NCBI GenBank assembly: GCA_963825055.1
Contig: CAWGSK010000034.1
Span: 96,001 to 160,000, forward strand
Reading direction: 5' to 3'
DNA length: 64,000 nucleotides
From: an uncultured Gemmatimonadales bacterium
GTDB lineage: Bacteria; Gemmatimonadota; Gemmatimonadetes; Gemmatimonadales; GWC2-71-9
Shown piece after piece: positions 22,960 to 31,798 of the stretch (position 1 is the first letter of the stretch; each line of letters opens with the position of its first letter). The notes under the pieces were generated by a model. It ran no database searches. It saw nothing but the letters and a program-made list of their open reading frames with translations, and was not told the DNA's origin. A program made the position numbers and the translations under genes.

Positions 22960-23100
22960 GTGAGTGTCCTTTAACCCTGATGGAGGCGAACCGTCTCCGG
23001 ATCCTGTCGCTTCGCCCATGACGAATCTGGCGTTCCCCCGTAATGCCGCTCGTGAAGGCGTCGTGAGGGTTCCTTCACTCTGCCGGCAGAGTCCGGCTCG

Positions 23101-23147
23101 GTATAGGGGTAGGGGGTATAATGGCAGCTCATGCGAGTTCTGCGCAA
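23101..23147 (-). promoter_or_regulatory. Putative promoter (TTGCGC-N18-CATTAT) overlapped by a CsoR/RcnR-type G-tract operator
   Basis: TATA-GGGGTAGGGGG-TATA at 23102-23120, upstream of the metal-efflux cluster. Confidence 0.5.
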
Positions 23148-23308
23148 GGGGACGCCATCGGCTGCGTGGGGATGGCGCTCCTGGCCGGTGATTGCCCAGT
23201 TGCTCCGCCGGGAGCGGCTGTAACTGCGGCGCTGGCCCGAAAGAAAAGCGGCGAAGCCACGGACCTGCCGTGAGTCGCCGCTCATGATCTTCGCCGCTCA
23301 TGATCCCA

Positions 23309-23383
23309 TCGGGGCGCCCGGATTTGAACCGGGGACCTCCTGCTCCCGAAGCAGGCGCGCTAACCGGGCTGCGCTACGCCCCG
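23309..23383 (-). tRNA. tRNA-Pro (anticodon CGG)
   Basis: Reverse complement CGGGGCGTAGCGCAGCCCGGTTAGCGCG CCTGC-TTCGGGA-GCAGG AGGTCCCCGGTTCAAATCCGGGCGCCCCGA. Confidence 0.95.
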
Positions 23384-23571
23384 TCACTGTTCCGCCGGGT
23401 CGGGGCCCGGCGGACGCGGAATATAAGCGGGGGGGACCCGGACGGAACCCCGCCTCCCTGTGCGAGATCGCGCCGGCTGGTCGTCGCCAGCAATAGGGGA
23501 CCCGCCTAGATTACCGGGGTCCGGCGCGCCATCGGCGCGTGCCCCCTTCCGAGATATCCTGGAGGACGTTC

Positions 23572-24219
23572 ATGTCCCACCGGCTCCGACTTGCCGCCCC
23601 GCTGCTCACCGTCGCCGCCCTTCTCGCCGCCTGCGGCGGGGGGACGGATTCCTCCGGCATCAAGTACAAGATCACCGGGCAGGACCTTGCCCCGCGGAAC
23701 GAGCGGTTGCTCGTGTCCCGGGATGGCCAGGACGTCCCGGACGCCACCGTCAAGGTCAACGGGGTGAACCTTGTGTACGCGAATGGTGCCTACACCGGGC
23801 TGCTGCCCTCGGCGCTCTCGGCGAATGCCACCGTGAACCTGAGCGTGGAGATCGGGAACACGGTTATCACCGGCAGGGGGACGATGCCCGACCCGGCCGA
23901 TGTCCAGGAGCCTTCCGGGGATCCGAGCGTCCCTGTGATTGCCTCGGCGCCGATCATCGTGGAATGGGTGGCCCTGCATGACCCGCAGAAGTTCATCCTC
24001 CGGGCCGAGTGCACCACCTGCACCCACACGTACTTCAGTTCCCCCACCGGCAGCATGCGGAGCTTCCCGATCCCGGCCAACACCCTCATGGCCAATCAGA
24101 CCTACCAGTTCACGGTGACATCCTACAACAACGGCACGTTCACCGGCGCCACGGACAATGGTTCCAGCATGAACATCGCAAACACCGGGCAGACCAAGAC
24201 GGTGCCGGTCCAGCCCTGA
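23572..24219 (+). CDS. Hypothetical lipoprotein (Ig/Fn3-like beta-rich)
   Basis: GGAGG RBS; lipobox LAAC; Thr/Asn-rich beta-strand pattern. Confidence 0.7.
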   Translation: MSHRLRLAAPLLTVAALLAACGGGTDSSGIKYKITGQDLAPRNERLLVSRDGQDVPDATVKVNGVNLVYANGAYTGLLPSALSANATVNLSVEIGNTVITGRGTMPDPADVQEPSGDPSVPVIASAPIIVEWVALHDPQKFILRAECTTCTHTYFSSPTGSMRSFPIPANTLMANQTYQFTVTSYNNGTFTGATDNGSSMNIANTGQTKTVPVQP

Positions 24220-24239
24220 TCCACACGTGGTGGATGTCG

Positions 24240-24277
24240 AACGGGGAGGCACGCTCTGGCAGGCGTGCCTCCCCGTT
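24240..24277. terminator. Hairpin between convergent genes (probable bidirectional terminator)
   Basis: 15-bp stem AACGGGGAGGCACGC / GCGTGCCTCCCCGTT. Confidence 0.7.
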
Positions 24278-24293
24278 TCGCGTTGCGCTCCCC

Positions 24294-26825
24294 TCAGAAG
24301 GCGAAGCCGGCCCCCCCGTACACGGCCATGCGCCCCTCGCTCGTGGCCAGACCCACCCGCATCGTGTTCGCCGGATTGAGAAAGGCGAACCACAGCCCTC
24401 CGCCCCAGGCCGTGTGCCAGAGGTCGGATGACTCTCCCCGTACGAAGACGCGCCCGGCGTCGGCCAGGCCGTAGACGCCGAAGGTGCCGGGCAGGATGAC
24501 GAAGAGCCGGCTCAGTTCGAATCGCAACTCGGCGTTGCCGTACAGGGAGGCTTCGCCCGCGTAGCGGTTCCGCTGGGCGAGCCGTGCCGTCTCATCGTCC
24601 CCGATGAAGGCCGCGTCCTGGTACGGCACGTCTCCCCACAGTTTCCTGCCGCCGGCACGGAGCGCGAGCACGGGACGGAGGGGCAGCGCACCCAGGCCAA
24701 GGTAGGTGCTGGCCGCTCCGTGGACCTCTCCGAAAAGGTCACGCACGTCGAGGAGCCCGGGCACCAGGCTCGCTCCGGCGTCCAGCAGAAATCCCTTCCT
24801 GGCGTTGGCCGGGACGTCCCGCGAGTCATACTGGAAACCGGCGTGGAGTCCGGCCTCCGCAAAGTCACCGGTCCCATAGGGCTGCAGCAGGCTGATGAAC
24901 CGCGGCTGGTCGAGGTTGGTGGTGGTGTAGCGGACCATGGGGCCGACCGAGACCCGGCTGCGGTCGCCCATGGGCATCACGAGCGACGCCGAGAGGGAGT
25001 ACTGGCCCTCGCTCACGCGGAAGAACTCGTTGTCCACTCCGCCCGGCGTCTCGTTCCCGAAGCCGTAGAAATACAGCACCTCGATCCCCGAGGCGAGCGC
25101 CTCGACGGTGGTGTACACCCGGCTGTTCTCGCGATGGAATTCACCGAGAAAGTCTGCCCGGAAGGTGGAGGGTTGCGTCGCGTAGCCGGCCCGGATTCGC
25201 ATGCGGTCGGAGAACGGAAGGGTATGGAACCCGTAGCGCGTGCGCTGGACCCCGCCGCCCAGGAAGAGACCGATCCCGGGGCCGCCGGCAAACCAGGCGG
25301 AGGGCTGCCAGCGCGAGCCCCAGTCGCGTGGCGGCAGTTCGGTTTCGGTCTTCTTCGGCGGGGCATGCCAGTCCCGGGTGTCGACGTGGACCGGGCCGGT
25401 GACGGAGTCCCGGATAGAGCCGTAGTAGCGGATGCCGCCCGTGCGCGAGCTGTCGACCAGGACATCCCGGCCGTCGCCTCCCAGGATCCTCAGGCCGATG
25501 CCGGCGCCCTCACCGCTGACCGTGGCCACGTCCCGGCCCCCGTGCAGGAAGATGCGGAGCTCCGAGGTCTCCCGGTTGAGAAACCGTCGCTGATAGTAGG
25601 GTGTCGCAGCGCGGTCCTCCCCCGTGCCGGACCAGATCCGTACCTCGGTCCCGTCGGCGCCGCGCTCCACTTCGAGCGTTTCGTCCGCATCGGTGGCGTG
25701 GATGTCCACCTCGTCCGCCAGGAGCCGGTAGAACCGGTCGGCGGCCTCGCGGAGACCGTCCCGCCGGCGGCGGAGGACGTTCCGGAACGGGATGCCGATG
25801 ATGTTGCGGTAGTGAGTCGGCAGGCGCGCGATGGCGGAGTCGATCACCTGGTCGGTGAGTTGCCAGCCCACGGCGGCCGCCACCGAGTCCCAGGCGGTCC
25901 GGTCCAGCTCCATCAGGATGCGGCGGTCGAGTTCGCGCCCGTTCCAGACCAGCCCGAAGATGCCGGGGTACGAGGATTTGAAGTCCACCAGTTGCGGTAC
26001 GCTCGAGCGTGCGATATCGAGCAGGAGTCCGTTGTACTTGACGAAGGCCTGGTCACGGTCGCGCGGGATGGGCAGCCAGCGGTGCGGCTTTCCGTCGCCG
26101 AAGCGGGCCCAGCGCCACTGGTCGCGATGGCGATCCCAGTCGCCGAGGTAGATGTCCACGAGCCGGGCCCGAAGGAAGGCCCGCGCATCCACGCGGTCGT
26201 CCGGGGACTCCTCCATCTTGTCGAACAATTCGTCGCTGCCGATGACCTTGGCAGCGCCCTTCCAACCCGGCTTCTCGTTGGGCCATTCCTCGATCGTGCC
26301 GAGCATGCCCGCAAACGCCTCGCGGTAGTGGCCCAGCTTCGGGCTGTCCGGCATGACGTACAGTTCAGGGCGCGCGTTGAGTACGCCCGCGGCGTCCATG
26401 ATCGGTCCGGCCATCAGCGCGCCCGCGGGATTCGCGGCACTGATCTGGTCCTGGATAATGTCGTCGGCAATGGTGCCGCGCAGGTCCGGCGGGAGGATGG
26501 TGGACGGGTCCTTGTCCACCGAGCGGAACTTGTATTCCCGGCCGTCCGCTCCGCGGAAGGAGAGGGACGTTGTCTGCTGCCCGCCGCCCAGCTCGAGCGG
26601 TGTCAGGCCGCCGGCGAAGGTATCGAGGTTCAGCACCGGGACCTGGATGGGTGTCGTCCAGAGGTCCCGATACTCCTTGCCGAGGAAGAGCCGGTGCAGG
26701 CCGCCCGCGCCGTAGCCGGCGCCTGCCACCACCGAACGCACGCTGTCCGCGTCCTGCGCGCGCGCTGAAGGCGTGGCCAGGATAAGGAGGAGGATGGCGA
26801 GCGGGAGGCGGGAGTTTCGGGGCAT
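24294..26825 (-). CDS. Omp85 (BamA/TamA-like) barrel protein with large N-terminal kinase-motif domain
   Basis: Signal peptide; C-terminal barrel YDSRD..ARKG, RNRYAG..GNAELR, ADAGRVF, terminal GFAF. Confidence 0.75.
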   Translation of the reverse strand: MPRNSRLPLAILLLILATPSARAQDADSVRSVVAGAGYGAGGLHRLFLGKEYRDLWTTPIQVPVLNLDTFAGGLTPLELGGGQQTTSLSFRGADGREYKFRSVDKDPSTILPPDLRGTIADDIIQDQISAANPAGALMAGPIMDAAGVLNARPELYVMPDSPKLGHYREAFAGMLGTIEEWPNEKPGWKGAAKVIGSDELFDKMEESPDDRVDARAFLRARLVDIYLGDWDRHRDQWRWARFGDGKPHRWLPIPRDRDQAFVKYNGLLLDIARSSVPQLVDFKSSYPGIFGLVWNGRELDRRILMELDRTAWDSVAAAVGWQLTDQVIDSAIARLPTHYRNIIGIPFRNVLRRRRDGLREAADRFYRLLADEVDIHATDADETLEVERGADGTEVRIWSGTGEDRAATPYYQRRFLNRETSELRIFLHGGRDVATVSGEGAGIGLRILGGDGRDVLVDSSRTGGIRYYGSIRDSVTGPVHVDTRDWHAPPKKTETELPPRDWGSRWQPSAWFAGGPGIGLFLGGGVQRTRYGFHTLPFSDRMRIRAGYATQPSTFRADFLGEFHRENSRVYTTVEALASGIEVLYFYGFGNETPGGVDNEFFRVSEGQYSLSASLVMPMGDRSRVSVGPMVRYTTTNLDQPRFISLLQPYGTGDFAEAGLHAGFQYDSRDVPANARKGFLLDAGASLVPGLLDVRDLFGEVHGAASTYLGLGALPLRPVLALRAGGRKLWGDVPYQDAAFIGDDETARLAQRNRYAGEASLYGNAELRFELSRLFVILPGTFGVYGLADAGRVFVRGESSDLWHTAWGGGLWFAFLNPANTMRVGLATSEGRMAVYGGAGFAF

Positions 26826-26894
26826 CGGCACCGGAGATGAGTGGTGTCCGTACGTTATACGGAGAGCCGGGTGGGGAGCAACGCGTGAAAAGCC

Positions 26895-26922
26895 GAACGG
26901 CGCCCCTTTCGGGGCGCCGTTC
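26895..26922 (-). terminator. Terminator of the tRNA operon
   Basis: Stem GAACGGCGCCCC-TTTC-GGGGCGCCGTTC, with T-run on the minus strand. Confidence 0.7.
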
Positions 26923-26939
26923 AGGTCAGGCGAGAGAAA

Positions 26940-27013
26940 TGCGCCCCGAGGGACTCGAACCCCCAACCTTCTGATCCGTAGTCAGATGCTCTATCCAATT
27001 GAGCTAGGAGCGC
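26940..27013 (-). tRNA. tRNA-Arg (anticodon ACG)
   Basis: Cloverleaf; anticodon arm TCTGA-CTACGGA-TCAGA; GGTTCGAGTCC T-arm. Confidence 0.95.
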
Positions 27014-27014
27014 A

Positions 27015-27088
27015 TGGGCGGTACAAGACTCGAACTTGTGGCCTCCACGATGTCAACGTGGCGCTCTAACCAACTGAGCTAACCGCCC
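27015..27088 (-). tRNA. tRNA-Val (anticodon GAC)
   Basis: Anticodon arm CCACG-TTGACAT-CGTGG. Confidence 0.95.
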
Positions 27089-27214
27089 GTCATGCGGTCG
27101 CGGGACCGTGGGTTCGCCTCTGGACAGTCTGAGGGGCCTGTCCGCCTGCTGGCGATCCCGCGGTCCCGCTGGCAGTGCCTGCCGCGCCGTCCGGGCCGCG
27201 TGACCTGCAAGAAG

Positions 27215-27288
27215 TAGCGGGGGTGGGATTTGAACCCACGACCTCCGGGTTATGAGCCCGGCGAGCTACCAGACTGCTCCACCCCGCG
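27215..27288 (-). tRNA. tRNA-Met (CAT), initiator type
   Basis: Unpaired C1 at the acceptor stem; three G-C pairs in anticodon stem CCGGG-CTCATAA-CCCGG. Confidence 0.92.
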
Positions 27289-27312
27289 CCGTTGTGCGTT
27301 GTCCCTGACGAG

Positions 27313-27385
27313 AGCGGGAAACGGGACTCGAACCCGCGACCCCAACCTTGGCAAGGTTGTGCTCTACCAACTGAGCTATTCCCGC
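27313..27385 (-). tRNA. tRNA-Gly (anticodon GCC)
   Basis: GCGGGAATAGCTCAGTTGGTAGAGCA CAACC-TTGCCAA-GGTTG. Confidence 0.95.
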
Positions 27386-27454
27386 AGCGGGACCAATTCT
27401 AGCGTGCCGGGCGCGACGACGCAACCGGCGCCACGGGCCCGACCACCCTCTAAA

Positions 27455-27527
27455 TGGAGGCGAGGGGAATCGAACCCCTGACCTCGTGAATGCCATTCAC
27501 GCGCTCTCCCAACTGAGCTACGCCCCC
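27455..27527 (-). tRNA. tRNA-Ala (anticodon GGC)
   Basis: G3:U70 acceptor stem; CGTGA-ATGGCAT-TCACG. Confidence 0.95.
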
Positions 27528-27571
27528 ATTATATTTTTGCGCCAGGCACCCACGGTGCCGGGCAGCACGAG

Positions 27572-27601
27572 AAGCTAGTCACCGCACCAGAAACGTGTCA
27601 A
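27572..27601 (-). promoter_or_regulatory. Sigma70-type promoter for the tRNA operon
   Basis: TTGACA-N18-TAGCTT on the minus strand. Confidence 0.55.
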
Positions 27602-27643
27602 GCCGCGCGGGGCGGCCGCAGCAGCCCCGGACGGTCACAGGAT

Positions 27644-28642
27644 GTGAAAGTGAACGAGAGATTGCCCCCCGAAACCACCCCGGAACCTGCCGACGCCCCG
27701 GACATGCCGGTTGAGGAGATGACGCTCGAGGAGATCCTCTCGGACCTCACCCCGGCGGCGCCGAAGAAAGGCCCTCGTCGCCGGGAAACGGCCCGGTCGC
27801 TTGGCGTCTATGACGCGGATCGGAACATCCTGGACCAGTATCTTCAGGAGGTGAGCCGGACGCCGCTCCTGACCCGGCCCCAGGAAATGGCGATTGCGCG
27901 CCTCGTGCGGGCGGGAGACGAGGATGCCATGCGGGAGCTGGTGAAGCGGAACCTTCGCTTCGTCATCTCGGTCGCCAAGAAATACCAGAACCGCGGCCTG
28001 CCGCTCACCGACCTGATCGGCGAGGGCAACGTCGGGCTGCTCACCGCGGCACGGAAGTTCGATCCGGACCAGGGAGTCAAGTTCATTTCGTATGCCGTCT
28101 GGTGGATCCGCCAGGCCATCCTCGCGTCGCTTGCCCGCCACGGCCGCACCGTGCGCGTCCCGCTCAACCGCACCGCGGACCTCTCACGCATCACCCGCAC
28201 GTCGGAAGCCCTGCGCCAGGAGCTCGGCCGGGAGCCCACGCCGCAGGAAATCGCGGACGTGGTGAAACTGTCGGTGGACATCGTCCAGTCACTCGCCGCG
28301 CTCAACACGAGCGACGTCCGGCTCGACGCCCCGCTCGATCCGGAGGGCGACCGCTCGATGATCGAGCGATTCGTCGCCGACGCCCAGGGCGACGCCGAGG
28401 ATGAGGCGATGGACCGGTTCCTGACGGACGAGATCAACCAGGCCCTGGCCACGCTCCCGCCCCGGGATGCCCGGGTGCTCCGCCTCTACTTCGGGCTCGA
28501 TGGCGGCAGGGAACACACCCTGGAGGAAATCGGGGGCATGCTCGGTGTGACCCGCGAGCGGGTCCGCCAGCTGCGCGACCGTGCCCTGAGCCGTCTCCGC
28601 GCCGGCGACGTCGGGCGGGCGCTGGCGAGTTTTGCGGCCTAG
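27644..28642 (+). CDS. RpoD/SigA-family sigma factor lacking region 1.1 (group-2-like)
   Basis: YLQEV..PLLT, NLRFVISVAKKY, KFISYAVWWIRQAI, TLEEIG..GVTRERVRQ. Confidence 0.9.
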   Translation: MKVNERLPPETTPEPADAPDMPVEEMTLEEILSDLTPAAPKKGPRRRETARSLGVYDADRNILDQYLQEVSRTPLLTRPQEMAIARLVRAGDEDAMRELVKRNLRFVISVAKKYQNRGLPLTDLIGEGNVGLLTAARKFDPDQGVKFISYAVWWIRQAILASLARHGRTVRVPLNRTADLSRITRTSEALRQELGREPTPQEIADVVKLSVDIVQSLAALNTSDVRLDAPLDPEGDRSMIERFVADAQGDAEDEAMDRFLTDEINQALATLPPRDARVLRLYFGLDGGREHTLEEIGGMLGVTRERVRQLRDRALSRLRAGDVGRALASFAA

Positions 28643-28650
28643 GAAGCGGG

Positions 28651-28742
28651 GATCGGCAGTCGGCAGTCGGGACGGCCGAATTGCCGATTGCCGATTACCG
28701 ATGGCCGATCTCAGTACTCTCTGCTCCCGACTCCCTATTCCC
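28651..28742. repeat. Heptamer repeats: CAGTCGG-type array with inverted TTGCCGA-type array, then TACTCCC-like x4
   Basis: Read directly between the sigma factor and mlaE. Confidence 0.75.
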
Positions 28743-28772
28743 AGTTCGCCGCTCGTCCCGTAACTTATTCCC

Positions 28773-29534
28773 GTGAATCACGCTCTCGCCGCTCGCCCGG
28801 GCAGAGTGTCGGGCCTGGTGACGACCGTTGGTCGGGCCACGGTCGACACCACCCGGGCCGTGCTGGACGTCCGGACCTGGGGCCCGCTCCTGGCCACGCA
28901 GATGCGTCGCCTGGGGGTGGATTCCATCCCCATCGCGCTGTTCATCGCGGTGTTCACCGGGATCGTCCTCTCGCTGCTCGCCAGCTACATCTTCACCGGT
29001 GCCGTGCCGCTCTACTTCGTCGGCGCGCTGGTGGGGAAGACGATCATGATGGAACTGGGCCCCGTGCTGACCGGCCTCGCGCTGGCCGGACGGGTGGGCG
29101 CCAACATCGCCGCCGAAGTGGGCACGATGCGGGTGACCGAGCAAGTGGACGCGCTCGAGACCCTCGCCTACAACCCGCACAGTTACCTCGTGGTCCCCCG
29201 CGTCATCGCGGGCGCGGTGATGTTCCCCATCATCACCGCCTTCGCCATCGGGGCGGGCATCGTCGCCGGGTGGATCACCGCGGTGAACCTGCTGGACCTC
29301 TCCACGCCGGACTTCATCCACGGCCTCCGCATCTTCTACAACTTCAAGGACATCTGGTTCGGCCTGCTGAAGGCCTCCAGCTTCGGCCTCGCGGTGACGC
29401 TCATGGGGTGTATCCAGGGGCTCCGCACCATGCATGGCGCTGAGGGCGTGGGCCGGGCGACGACCCGTGCCGTGGTGCTGGGCTGCGAGGCCATCCTGGT
29501 CCTCGACGCCTTCTGGGCGGTGGCCCTGCTGTGA
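28773..29534 (+). CDS. mlaE: MlaE family ABC permease
   Basis: ELGPVLTGLALAGRVGA..AAEVGTMRVTEQVDAL; GAEGVGRATT. Confidence 0.9.
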   Translation: MNHALAARPGRVSGLVTTVGRATVDTTRAVLDVRTWGPLLATQMRRLGVDSIPIALFIAVFTGIVLSLLASYIFTGAVPLYFVGALVGKTIMMELGPVLTGLALAGRVGANIAAEVGTMRVTEQVDALETLAYNPHSYLVVPRVIAGAVMFPIITAFAIGAGIVAGWITAVNLLDLSTPDFIHGLRIFYNFKDIWFGLLKASSFGLAVTLMGCIQGLRTMHGAEGVGRATTRAVVLGCEAILVLDAFWAVALL

Positions 29535-30298
29535 TCCGGTTCAGGGACGTCCACAAGGGGTTCGGGCCGAAGGTGGTGCTCGACGGCCTCGACCTCGAGA
29601 TCCCGGACGACGGAACCACGGTCATCCTGGGCTACTCGGGCTCGGGCAAGAGTGTCGCGCTCAAGCTGATTACCGGGCTGCTGGAACCCGATGCCGGCCA
29701 GGTGGAGGTGGACGGCGCGGTCGTGCACGACCTCGATCGCGACGACCTCATGGCTCTCCGGGAGACGATCGGGGTCGTGTTCCAGTTCGCGGCCCTCTTC
29801 GATTCCATGACGCTGGACGGCAACCTCCGCCTTGGCCTTGCCCGGCGCCGGCTGGATGACGACGAGATCGAGCGCCGTATCGTCGAGAGCCTGGCACTCG
29901 TGGACCTGGCCGACGCGCGCGAGCGCTATCCGGCCGAGCTCTCCGGCGGCATGCGCAAGCGCGCCGGCATCGCCCGGGCGATCGCGCTCAGGCCCCGCTA
30001 CATTCTGTATGACGAACCCACCACCGGCCTCGACCCGGTGACCGCCGCCGTGATCGACCTCCTCATGCGGCGCACCCAGGAGGAACTCGGCGTTACCGGC
30101 GTGATGGTGACGCACGACCTCCGGAGCGCGTTCACGGTCGGCACCCGGCTGGCCATGCTCTACGAAGGGCGCATCCGGGCAGCCGGCAGTGTCGAGGAGA
30201 TGCAGGCCAGCACGGATCCCGTGGTGCGGCAATTCCTGGAAGGACGGCCCGATGCCGTCCCGGGCAAGGAGGCGGCCATGCCGTCACGCGAGTCATGA
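29531..30298 (+). CDS. mlaF: MlaF family ABC ATPase
   Basis: GYSGSGKS, ALFDSM, LSGGMRKR, YDEPTTGLDP. Confidence 0.9.
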   Translation: MIRFRDVHKGFGPKVVLDGLDLEIPDDGTTVILGYSGSGKSVALKLITGLLEPDAGQVEVDGAVVHDLDRDDLMALRETIGVVFQFAALFDSMTLDGNLRLGLARRRLDDDEIERRIVESLALVDLADARERYPAELSGGMRKRAGIARAIALRPRYILYDEPTTGLDPVTAAVIDLLMRRTQEELGVTGVMVTHDLRSAFTVGTRLAMLYEGRIRAAGSVEEMQASTDPVVRQFLEGRPDAVPGKEAAMPSRES

Positions 30299-31302
30299 AG
30301 CGGGGCAATGAGTTCCTGGTCGGGCTGAGCGTGCTCGCCGCACTCGCGCTCGTCGTGGTGGCCGCGCTGTGGTTGAGCGAGACCAGCCTCGGCAAGGTGG
30401 ACGAACTCCACACCGCGCGGTTCCAGACCGTGGGGGGCCTGAGCGTCGGCGCGCCGGTCACGCTGCGCGGCGTACGCGTCGGGCGGGTGCAGACGATCCG
30501 GCTGACCGACGACGGCTGGGTCGAGGCCGACCTCAAGGTAGGTGCCGAACTCGAACTGCCGCCCCGGCCCGCCGTCATCGCCGCCAGCAGCAGCCTCTTC
30601 GGCGAGTGGGCCGCGTCCGTGGTCAGCATGGACCAGACGCAGGAGGATCCCGCGGTGGAGGCGATGCTGCGCGAGGCGGCACGCCCCGGAGGCCCCGCCT
30701 GGCCCGGCGCGACCCTGCCTGATGTCGGCCAGCTCACCGCGCAGGCCGGCCGGATCGCCGGGGACATTGCCCAGCTGGCAGACCGGGTCGGGAACGCCTT
30801 CGACACCTCCGCCGTGGAGGACCTCCGCGGCGCCATGCGCGACTTCGCTTCCATTGCGCGGCAGCTTCAGGGCTTCACCGAGAGCCAGTCCGCCCGGCTC
30901 GAGAAGATCACCGGCAACCTCGCGTCATCGAGCGACGCCTTCAGCGGCGCCTCGGTCAGCCTGCGCAACACCCTCGCCCGTGTCGACACCGCCACCGGCG
31001 AAGGGCAGCTCGCCGAGATCCTCAACTCCGGGCGCGATGCCACCGTTGACCTCCGGCAGGCCTCGGGCGACATCCGCGAAATCGTGGCCAGCATGCGCAC
31101 GCACGAAGCCAGCCTGATCCGCGTCCTCACGGCCGCGGACTCGCTCATCACCCGGATGCAGTCGGGCGAGGGCACCCTCGGCAAGCTGACCACCGACTCG
31201 ACCCTCTACCGCGAAACCACCGCGGCGGTCATCCAGCTGCGCGTGCTCCTCGAGGACATCAAGGCCAACCCGCGCCGCTACTTCACGTTCTCGGTCTTCT
31301 GA
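30295..31302 (+). CDS. mlaD: MlaD/MCE family protein
   Basis: N-terminal TM helix, GGLSVGAPVTLRGVRVGRV, GTLGKL..LY..DIKANPRRY. Confidence 0.85.
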   Translation: MKRGNEFLVGLSVLAALALVVVAALWLSETSLGKVDELHTARFQTVGGLSVGAPVTLRGVRVGRVQTIRLTDDGWVEADLKVGAELELPPRPAVIAASSSLFGEWAASVVSMDQTQEDPAVEAMLREAARPGGPAWPGATLPDVGQLTAQAGRIAGDIAQLADRVGNAFDTSAVEDLRGAMRDFASIARQLQGFTESQSARLEKITGNLASSSDAFSGASVSLRNTLARVDTATGEGQLAEILNSGRDATVDLRQASGDIREIVASMRTHEASLIRVLTAADSLITRMQSGEGTLGKLTTDSTLYRETTAAVIQLRVLLEDIKANPRRYFTFSVF

Positions 31303-31787
31303 TGACGAAACGCCGTACCCAGCGCGAGGTGAGCGCCGGCGGGATCGTGTTCCGCCGGGGCGAGGACGGGATTACCCGGTTCCTGCTCATCCGGGATTCC
31401 TATGACAACTGGGGGTTCCCCAAGGGGCACCTGGAGGAGGACGAGGCGCCGGTGGACGCCGCGAGGCGGGAAACCGCCGAGGAAACCGGGCTCACCGACC
31501 TGGTCGTGCACGGGCCGATCCGCATCATTGACTGGTACTTCCGGTTCCGGGGCCGGCGGATTCACAAGTACTGCCACTTCTTCCTGCTCGAGAGCCGCTC
31601 GGGCGAGCCTGTGCCCCAGGAGGACGAGGGGATCACGGCGTGCGAGTGGTATCCGTTCGAGGACGCACTGCGCGTGATGAGTTACGATAACGCGCGCGGG
31701 GTGCTGCGGCGGGCCGGGGAGATGGCGCGGACGCTCGTGGCGGTCGGCGCCGGACGTCCGCGGTACCCGGAGGACGCCCGCCGCTAG
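31302..31787 (+). CDS. NUDIX hydrolase (Ap4A-hydrolase-like)
   Basis: WGFPKGHLE..AARRETAEETG Nudix box. Confidence 0.85.
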   Translation: MTKRRTQREVSAGGIVFRRGEDGITRFLLIRDSYDNWGFPKGHLEEDEAPVDAARRETAEETGLTDLVVHGPIRIIDWYFRFRGRRIHKYCHFFLLESRSGEPVPQEDEGITACEWYPFEDALRVMSYDNARGVLRRAGEMARTLVAVGAGRPRYPEDARR

Positions 31788-31798
31788 CCGGCGCTGCC

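Noticed and set aside
15250..23383. tRNA-anchored genomic island carrying cusCBA
   Set aside because: No integrase, no duplicated tRNA 3' end (att) and no compositional shift is visible, although one possible boundary is unreadable.
27644..28642. Primary sigma factor rpoD
   Set aside because: It lacks region 1.1 and the dnaG context; more likely an alternative group-2-type sigma, so no gene symbol was assigned.
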